Below, one piece after another: positions 54,659-64,000 of a stretch of 64,000 bases of DNA. Within the stretch, counting starts at the first letter, position 1, and every line of letters starts with the position of its first letter. A program made the translations under genes and the position numbers. The stretch is from Paecilomyces variotii (Eukaryota), in assembly GCA_004022145.1 (NCBI GenBank), contig RCNU01000007.1; one strand, 5' to 3'. Under the pieces are notes generated by a model. It saw only the letters and a program-made list of their open reading frames with translations, had not been told where the DNA came from and did not search any database.

Positions 54659-56363
54659 CTAACATGAAACACCCTTCTCCGTAGATTGGTCATTCGTCTT
54701 TCCATCGCCCCATTGGATATTATCGTAGCCGTTAGCCCTCAGGTACTCCTTCCATTCCTCATCTACATTTCCCAGACGATTATCCAAATCTGGAATCACA
54801 AACCAAGCTATCAGCGCACCTAAAACCGCAAATCCCGATCCAATCAAGAACACAGCCTGAGTCCCGCGAAGAGAATCATCGCCCCAGCTAGCCAGAATCG
54901 GTTTGAAAACCTGCGTTCCGATAGCAGCACCAGCTTTGCTCCACGCCGCAGCGAAACCTACCCCATGACCACGAAGAGCAGTTGGAAAACTCTCCGTCGT
55001 AGTCACAACGATGGTAGCTCCAGGCCCAACTTCACCCAACGTAAGAAAGATTCCATATAGAACGATAAAGAGAGGAAGTATTGTCTCGATTGGTCCTAAT
55101 GCTCCTCCCAAGATGAAACCTAGAAGAGCTTGGAGGGTGTAGCCTAAGGCCATGGTCTTTCGTCGGCCAATTCGATCGGAGATGAGACCGCCAATGAACG
55201 CACCGGGGATGTAGAAGCAATTTATGATCGTCCCCCAGGCCATATTAAGGACAAGAGAGGATGAGGGGTTTACCCGATCCAGGATCGTGGAAGAGAATAG
55301 TCCGAAGGGGTAGGCTATCCAGTTATATCTGAACATAACTATGTGTCAGACATCTCTTGGAAACGGACGATCCTGAGATAAGTACTTACAGAAACCAAGA
55401 CGCACAACATCCCAACATAGGTCGCCAGTACTTCTTCACCGCTAGTAGATACGGTACTCTTTGTTTTCTCATAGAGCTTTTCCTCTCAACCGAACTGGCC
55501 ATCATCTTGTATCGGAACCAGAAGATGGATAGAGGTGGTATGACGCCTGTAGCTAGAGAGATGCGCCATACGGCATTGTAGTGCTTTATTTCCTGGTGAT
55601 AGCAAAGTAGCAAGATGAGAGGTATGAGGGCTCCGAATGCCCAGCCCAGAGATGATCCTGCATCTGAGATTATGGCCATGATGATTCCTCTGCGATTGCG
55701 GGTCTTGGATTCTTCGTCAGTCGCTTCTGCGGCACCGGCGCCTGCTACGGGGTATTCTCTGTTTAAATAGTATGGTTAGATATGAGTCTCTTATATGTCG
55801 ATATTTGGGACAATGTAAGTCGTCGTATGCCCAAAAAAAAGAAGAAAAGGAGCATCTACTAACCCTCCAGCCCCCACTCCAGCAATTCCTCGTGCAACAA
55901 TCAACATCCAGAACATGCCCTTCTGCGTTACGCCGCTAGCACCAGCACTCAACGCTATTCCAACGACCAGAATCGAAGTCGTCAGTACCGCGCCAGCCCT
56001 GCGTCCCACTCTGTCTGAGATGTATCCGAACGAAAGCATCCCAAATATCATACCTACCAAGAAAGAATTGGATAGCCGTGAGGCGATTGACGTGGTGAGG
56101 GAGTTTGGATAAATTACTTCCATAACTAGTTCGACGTTACCGATGATTGAGGCGTTGAAACCGTCGGATCCGATCGCGAGGGCTGAGAAGATGATCATGA
56201 GGATGGTCGATAGCTTCGATGGCTGGTTTTTGATTTCCTGGGATACATTGTCACTCTTGCTTGGTGGTCCTTCGGATGCCACTGTGATGTTGTTCTCTGC
56301 TTCCTTCTTGGTGAGTGGATGCGATATCTGTGTGATTTCCATTGATTCTTCTTCGATCGACAT
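54659..56363 (-). CDS. MFS glycerophosphoinositol/metabolite permease (GIT1-like)
   Basis: ALAIGSDGF, SDRVGRR, GVGAGG|EYP, WFL|YNWIAYPFG, GEVGPG, ESFPTALRG, KAGAAIGTQVF; 2 introns. Confidence 0.88.
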
Positions 56364-57124
56364 GATCAGTTGAAGAGGGAGGTCCTCATACAGTGCGTGC
56401 CTTTTTCATGATTCTAACTCCTCCGACTTATGTATAAATGGTTAATCCCATCGGTAAATGCCGACATTCTTCGAAATCATCATTCTCAGGACAGCAGGGT
56501 TGCAGATAAGATATCCCCGTCTTTAGTATATCTATAGCAGCTAATTATGCCAACGAATGCAGAGTTAAACTACCTGCGCTACCAAATTTGGATATGTTAT
56601 CCTGAGGAGGATCTTTACGGTGAGACGCTTAGTAGCTAGTCTTCCAGTGGAGAGATAAGATGATCTTTTCAGTGAGATCTCTTCTGGCAAGACCCCAAGA
56701 AATGGCATATCTTCCCCTAACCGCATACGTCGTTTGTTTTCTCGCTATCTGATTAACTGGCCTCTAACCTTTTAGCAAAAGGTGATGTTTTAGAAGAACA
56801 ATTGTTGGCATTTCGACCTATACTATAACATTCAACTGCAGGGATGGCGGAGAGACCGACAGCGGGGTCTCCGCCCGCGCCAGATGGACACGCGACTCTC
56901 TCTCTCTCTCCATCCTTGACACATACCGATGGACTACAGTTGCTTGGCATCCTACTAATACGCAGGCCAGTTTCTCGTTTATAATTACCTTGCCCTCATT
57001 AGCACTATGTTAAATTAATTAGAAGGTGCAACTGTCTGATTCTATCAGTACCTAGGTACTCTGAATGATCAATAGCTAGAGGCGACCTCTCACTGCTGTC
57101 CTCCCTTTCTCCAGCTATCGAGGG

Positions 57125-59077
57125 ATGACTTTGTCAAAACAGGGGCCAGTGTTGCCACAATTCGCGGGTAATGGTCTCCTGCAGAATAAGAGAACGAAGA
57201 ACAGGTCTTCTGTCCGTGATCTATTGCGAGTAGCAGCCACATTTCTTCTTATCGGCTTTGTTCATCGAGTTTACCAAGGAGTAAGCGTATACCCTCTCGT
57301 CTAATGATAATGCCATTCATCTTTTATCAATGAAAGTCGAAATGGCTAACACAGATCTAGACACCAATTCTGAGCTTCTCCGGAAAGTATCATGGGGCCA
57401 TTGACCACTCAGTATTAAAACCACTTTCGTCGCCAGACCTGGAGTCTTTTCAACGATGTTCAATAAAAAACCTCCTTGACACAGATCTTTACTTCCTGAA
57501 AAATATAAGCCCAGTGTCATTCTCGGAATACCAGTCTCGCAGAGACCGGTTAGCAAATGCTCTCGTAGCAGATGGCGCAGATGCTTTCTTGGTAGAACCG
57601 GGCTATACGTTCAAATATTATGCCAATGTCAGTCAGGTGGAATGGGAAGTCTGGGAGGTAAGTATTGGATACGCCATTTCATTGCATATTCATGTGCTCT
57701 AGTTGATACCCATGCAGCCGGAAGAGAGGCCGTTTGTGATGGTTGTGAGACCAGTCCTTGAGCCGGAGACCGGAAAGATCGTATCCAATACCACTTTTCT
57801 CTGCCCGTCTTTCGAGGCGGAAAGAGCTCGACTGCTGGATATGCCTTTTGCAGAGCCAATCCAGATTATTCCGTGGGAAGAGCATTGGAATCCGTACGCT
57901 ACCTTGATGTCGTCTGGGATTTTTGAAGACTTGAATCACGCCCCACGGCTAATGGTCGATGAAGAGATGAGAGATTTTATCCAGAGAGGTTTCTCGAAGG
58001 AAGGCTTTGATGTTATTGGATTAGGAGGCAGGGTTGAGGCTGTCAGGCAGACCAAGTCTCAGGAAGAAATCGATATCTTGCGAGCTGTCAACACTGGGAC
58101 AGTAGAGGCAGTGAGGCAAATGAGGAAGTGTCAGTTTCTTTCCAAATAGGACATTGCACTGCAGTTCTTTCAACTAACACATGCGGCACTTTAGGCCTTT
58201 ATCCAGGTTTAACAGAAAACCAAATCATAGAAGTCCTCGATAACACCATCCGAGCAGCTGGGATGGAGCCGTTCTTCGATATTGTATTATTTGGTGAGAT
58301 CAGAAAGGCGCAGAATAGGTATTCGGCTTATGGTTAATTCCCTGAACAGACGAAAATGCCTCGAATCCGCATGGCGGTACCAACGGGACCAAGGTTCTCG
58401 AATCAGAGTCATTTGTCTTGATCGATGTTGGGTTCGTGAACAGACTAGAATCCCCTTTATACATACACGATATCTAACCTCTATGATACTGCAGGGCACA
58501 TCTCCACGGGTACTCCTCAGACATCTGCCGGACCTTCTTCCCGCCATTTCTCAAGAAGCCGGAACACAATGAGGATATCCCTCCTCGATTGAGGAAGAAA
58601 CTTAAGGTAACTGACCTTCATGTCTCAATATCTCTCGTATGAGAGGTTAATACAATTGTTGTAGGTTTGGGATATTATCTTTGAAGCTCAGACTGCATCG
58701 ATTCATCAAATGCGAGCTGGTGCAACTGCAGCCAGTGTTGATCTAGCTGCACGAGCCGTGATCACGGATGCTGGTTATGGGGAAGCCTTTACACACCGTG
58801 TCGGGCATGGAATCGGTATAAAAGGTTAGAACATCCGCCCTAACATTGACTGAAGACTCTCATAACTGAGACACTCCCTGCAGCGCACGAGAGCCCTTAC
58901 CTTAATAAGGGAAATATACATACTATCCTGGAGACAGGAATGGCATTCACGTCTGAGCCTGGAATATATTTAGTTGATGAATTTGGTGTCCGACACGAAG
59001 ATATCCTCCTGGTTCAGGAGGATTCAGACCCCATTCTTCTGACTGGGCAACGGGCACAGGGGCCCTGGGATCCGTAG
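57125..59077 (+). CDS. M24 family metallopeptidase (Xaa-Pro dipeptidase-like) with an N-terminal hydrophobic anchor
   Basis: Spliced exons give VRQTKSQEEID, PHGG, LIDVG|AHLHGYSSDICRTF, FTHRVGHGIG, HESPY, TSEPGIY, GVRHED; metal ligands D, D, H, E, E present. Confidence 0.88.
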
Positions 59078-59476
59078 GCAGTCTTCTTTGGATGGATTTA
59101 AAGTATTGATATTCCTTTGTATGGATAGACAATAAGCAGCTCGTATTATTGGCTCATTGGTTAGCTAGCTTTATTTACTTTCACGCGGCTAACATTATGT
59201 GTTTCTTTTTTGCTTACTTTAGAAGAGAGAATAAATCTTGGACCCAGCTAACGATGATTACCCCGAGAGTTAGCCCCGAATGGCCTAGTGAAAGCGCCGA
59301 GAATGCGGGGAGAGTTAAGGAACAATTGATTGATTGATTTCTTGATAGATTGATTAGACTTATTGCTGAAGCACGCGATCCATGTGGGGCACGGCCTCAT
59401 CATCTCCCCCAAGTTCCGCCCACGTTGACCTTCACCCGACACTTTCTGGTCGCTTATACATGATAGCGATGACATT

Positions 59477-61512
59477 ATGGAGGTATCTGATATCCCTACT
59501 TTGATTCTCTAAAAAGAGAGGTTTTGCTAACTCCAATTGCTAGTCACAGGAGCCGCGGGGCATAGGCAGGTCCGGCCCCCGAAGAAAGACCGGCTGTATG
59601 ACCTGTCGACGCCGCAAGGTACGATGTGACGAAGCGAAACCGGTCTGCTCACATTGCACCCGATTAAGAATTCAGTGCGTATATAATTCTCCGTCGGAGA
59701 CACCGCGGCGACGAACTGCAAGACGAACTACCCCAGCAACGCACAGAGCTACACCCGCATATACTCCTCCGACAGCACCAGAAGCAGAGGCAACACTTCT
59801 CGACACAGCGACGCATGAGCACGAGCGAAGGACTGAAGGCTTGTTTCAATCTCTGGGAGGACTGGACGCATACAGCCCGAATTTCTCTGCTGGATTCGAT
59901 GTACATGAGTTCATTGGGGGGATTACGTTAGAGTTGGAGCAGAAACAACAGGGCTTGAGCGATGAGGCGCTGAACCAGGGTACTATATTAAATACACTTG
60001 TTTTCCCTTCAGAGGTATTTGGCAATGGTGGAGAGAGCTACACAAGCTCAACTGCAAATGTACCATCTTTGGTCAGTGATACGCGACGCGGCAGTTCTCC
60101 TAGTCCTTGCAATGCGAGTCCGTGTGCCGAAGCTATCGACCTGCCAACTGGAATATGGTCCTCAGCAAAGTCTGAATATGAAGAGCATCTTGTGCGACAC
60201 TTCGAATCCATCGAGTCTCTCCCTGCCATTTTCGTCCCTTTGGGTGCTGAATGGAAGTTTGCGAGACCGGCGATTCTAGCACTCGCCAAGGGATTCAGCC
60301 CCTTAATGAACGCTATTTACTGCTTCTCAGAAGTTCACAAGTCACGCCAGGATGAAAGAGCATGGAGATGGGCCCCATCTTATTACGCACTCGCGAGCGC
60401 TGAGGTTCAGTCACGCATGATGGACGATATAGACGGTAGCACTCTCAGGAAAACATTTGCTGCTGTCTTCTTGCTTATGTTGTCTGAAGTATTATCCTTC
60501 TCACCTGTCCCTGTTTCTCTAATAATCTACTAACTCGCGATGATAGCTGCTCTCGACTTCGGACCTTGGAAGGCCGGGTCATTCCTTCCTCCATTCGGCA
60601 TATCTCTTGCTGAAGAAATTCTACTGCAAGACCAAATCGTGGAAGGGCCTTGGTCATCTCTTAGTTTCTTGGATTTCGCTATTCGATGTGAAATCTCTCA
60701 TCGCAGGCAGGGAAGGAGACCCTCTCGTCGAACTGGGTGATCTATCATCCTCCGATATCGACTCCGAACAAGTGAGTCCAGTGGTGGACCAACAGATGAC
60801 AGCAGCAGAAAATGAAATCGACAAATCTATATCGAGTCCGGGTTACCTAATCTACGATGCAATCGTAGGCCCCGCTTTCACCTTTTTCGTCAAAGCCCAG
60901 CAAGTCATACGGCGTATCGTCCGTATCGACCTTCATCATCGCAGCCGCGGCACCCTGAATGACGAATTTGAGGTCCTCCAAATAGCACATAAGGTCGGAG
61001 CTGATCTGGAATCTCTCTGGAGCTCGCGACCCCCAGTGTTGGATCTTTACGATAAACCTGACGATCTCTGCGATACACTGTCTGGTTCTCTTGCTACGGA
61101 GATATGCAGGACATTCAGGCAGTATGTTGCCAACTTTCTCGCCAACTTCATCTACCTACATCGTGTGGCTTTTGCCATCTATCCACGAACAGATCGAGTA
61201 AGAAGTGCCGTGGACAAGATTATCCGTCTGGCAACCGTTGAGCTGGGCAATTCCCGGTTCTTGCCTGTCAGCCTTCTGTGGCCTCTCTTCATTGCGGGTC
61301 TGGAAGGGACACTGCCCCAGCGTCAGTGGATCATCAACGAGATCCGGCGCATGGCTGACAGTGATAGCGAGATTACCTCGCGGCACCCTAACGCAGAAAA
61401 GGCCCTGCTGCTTCTGGGTGAGATGACGCGCCGGCAGGATGAGTCGAAAGCGTTGGCCGATTCTCGATGCGTCAGAAGAGAGATGTTTCCAGACTTCTTC
61501 ATTATGATATGA
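59477..61512 (+). CDS. Zn(II)2Cys6 transcription factor with a fungal-specific TF domain
   Basis: [35 protein letters not shown]-terminal [11 protein letters not shown]; 2 introns. Confidence 0.9.
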
Positions 61513-61589
61513 GCAGTTATGGAAAAACTTCCAGCCATCCATCCAGAGTCATGCCAGTATCGTAAAGACCAGAAAGTTCGGCTATCGTT

Positions 61590-63426
61590 TCAGAAACTGG
61601 CTTCTCTTCTGTTCCTGTGTCCGACCCGGTTCGTCCGACTTGGTGACCAGAGTTTGTCGCCACCGAGACACTTCGACGTGTGCAGCAGATGCCCTCTCTC
61701 CCTCCTTACGTATACGGCGAAACATATTGCCGCCACTGCAACCGCGCTGTAACTGATAAGAACAGGATACTTGAACTGCTCTGGGAGAGGGAACATAATC
61801 GTGGATGCAAAAGACAGAAGCTCAAAGATATTCTGCAGCGCCATCTCCGTGGATGAAAAGCGTGCTCGTGTACCCTCATCGGTATTCTGCGCAACGTAGA
61901 TTTGTTACTAGCTGGCCTTTGCTAACGGGAGTCATAACATACCTCCTGAACCAGAAATTGTACAGCCAGATCAAACCCCCACAGCCCTAGCCGACTCAGA
62001 GCAACTCCCAAGATGAGGCAGAGCGCAACCAGTCGCGAGCTGGGATCCAGAAACAAAAATGCCGCCGCGGATGCTGCAAGGCAGGCAAACTGGTAGTTTA
62101 TGAACCACAGTCCGGACCTCACCGGTCCGATCTTGTTCATGGCTAAGGGAGCAGCCCACGTGCCTGCTAGCTCCGCTACGACAGCACCAATTCTCATACA
62201 ACTTACCTCAAGAGAGTTAAATCCAGTATGCAGCAGGTATGTGACCATCTGCGCGCCAAAAGACAAGACGGTGAGGTACAGAACGCTCAATGCAAAAGAA
62301 GGGAGACACGCGGGACTGGTTACATATTCCCGCCATGGTTGGAGGGCGCTTTTGGTATAGGTCACTGCTCTTTGCAGGAAGCCTTCATTCATGGGCTCTG
62401 ATGGTACATTGTTGTCATCAAGCGCGGAGTCGCGCCCCCGTGCAAGCTCTGGTACTGCTTTGTAGACCTTTTCAAAGTTAGATTTGCCTACCCACATACA
62501 GACAGATCTGCTCACCTGAGCAATGGCGAGATACTCCACAAGAACTGAGGATGCATTCAGACAGAAGACCGTCCAGATAGCAGCCCTTGTGGAGAAACTG
62601 TCGACAAGTGAAATAAAGACTGGAGCAAATAACTTGCAAAAGAGATCAATACGTCTCATTGATGCATTCAACTCTGGGGTCATTCATCAGTAGCTGTGAT
62701 ACCTTCAACAGGTTTAGATTTAGCACTAATTGGAATCTTACCTTGTCTGGGAAGACTAAGGCTATCTGAGACGACAATTACCTGTACAGAATTAGCATGG
62801 AGGATTGCCAAGCGATTCCCAGCAGAGAGCAATGAACGTACCCAGTCTCTCTCCACAGCCACTGTATTCACAACAGAAGCCAACTTTTCAATGCAAGCGA
62901 GCAGAGCCGCAATTGAGAACAATGGCAACACCACGGCCGAGTTTTTCGATGCCAGAAGGGCAACAAAGCACAAGCAAGAGCCTGCAACAGGTACTCTCTG
63001 CCATACTAGCATCAAGTCAGCGAAATACCTTTGAAGCGTCTATCCAGGATAACCATAAACCTTACCGATTGACTTTCTCAAAACGCTGAGTCTATTCGAC
63101 CGATCAACTAACGACCCCAACCACGAAGACAAAACGATCGCAGCCAACGACCGCACCAGAGCATAGATCGAAGCGTAAAGCAACGTTGCCGGGAAAATTG
63201 AAGCGAGGAACAAAACCGCACCGAATTCGAACATGCGCGAACTCCATGTTGAAAGGAAATGGGAAATATAGAGCCTTCTGCACACGCCTTGAGATGGTGC
63301 GGTTCTATGGTTCGATGAAGTCTCTTCGGGATTCGTAATTAGAGGCGAAGACGAATCGTCGTAGACGACGAGGGAGTCGTCTGTGCTTGAGTGTGCCAAT
63401 TCCTGTGTTTCTGTTCCTGGTGACAT
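61590..63426 (-). CDS. Ferroportin / SLC40 (FPN1) family iron or divalent-metal exporter
   Basis: LYISHFLSTWSSRMFEFGAVLFL, NTVAVERDW, LNASMRRIDLFCKLFAP, LYLTVLSFG, SRLGLWGFDLAVQ. Confidence 0.9.
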
Positions 63427-63712
63427 ATTGTCTGGTTTATAGTGTTTTATTCGATAAATATCATTTCTCATGGAGACCAGGTTCGAGAGACATCTACTTG
63501 AATCTGAATGTTCGTCGTGGGAGATCTTTTACCTCTTAGTGGGTTTCCCGATCGTCCGCGCGTGGTACGAGGCGGCTTTTGAACCGCCCGAGGTCCATGG
63601 TTGAACTCAAGTGAATCCCTATCTAACTATGTCTTTCCAACGAAAATATCTCCGTATCTTGTCTGGTTATATTCATAAGCCTATCGAGAAGTCAGATTGT
63701 AACGCCCTTTTG

Positions 63713-64000
63713 CTACGACAAACTCTCCGCTCTGTTCTTCAAATCGCCCGCCTGGACCTCAAATGCATTCACGAGTTGTTTCCCCAATGTCATCTCAACC
63801 GCTACTCCTCCAAGAACCTGATAATACGTCTCCCAACTATTATACCACGCCGTGTTTTCATCAACAGACACAACCTGGGACACATGCTCAGCAAGCACAA
63901 GCGCCGGTGCCGGGCTATCATAGCGCCAAACGGCAGTGGTCTCTTGGTCCGAGAGACTAGTAATGATCTCGTAGCTCGTAGCCTTGACGTCCGTGGGTGG
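63713..64000 (-). CDS. C-terminus of a probable SRPBCC/START-like protein (5' end outside the window)
   Basis: Open frame ...AEHVSQV..AWYNSWETYY...AFEVQAGDLKNRAES* with a START-like terminal helix. Confidence 0.5.
   Translation of the reverse strand, partial: PPTDVKATSYEIITSLSDQETTAVWRYDSPAPALVLAEHVSQVVSVDENTAWYNSWETYYQVLGGVAVEMTLGKQLVNAFEVQAGDLKNRAESLS

Overview
Eukaryotic genomic DNA from a filamentous ascomycete, probably Eurotiales (inferred from gene content, short GT-AG introns with CTAAC/CTGAC branch sites, and the SSU rDNA variant). The first ~38 kb is mostly conserved housekeeping genes: DCS1, RNH203, REX4, NOP53, CEF1, ESA1, a large PRRC2-like low-complexity protein, ATP17, NDUFS4, SNF4, a RhoGAP-like protein, a secreted Kex2-site-rich precursor and an ATF-type bZIP. 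Between REX4 and NOP53 (~4.3-6.2 kb) lies an apparently inserted block. It holds an orphan Cys-rich ORF, a possible CACTA-type terminus, and a dispersed, partly deleted 18S rDNA fragment that still carries a structurally intact S943 group I intron. From ~38 to ~52 kb is an accessory, partly RIP-eroded island: a Helitron (DUF6570-like) relic, an intact caspase-fold gene, a decayed duplication, a histidine phosphatase, an SRPK-like kinase pseudogene, a tautomerase, an MFS transporter and an F-box orphan. The last ~12 kb is a candidate catabolic cluster (arylsulfatase, GIT1-like MFS, M24 peptidase, Zn2Cys6 factor), followed by a ferroportin and a truncated SRPBCC-like gene. All calls come from manual reading and motif recall; no searches were run, and exon boundaries are manual.
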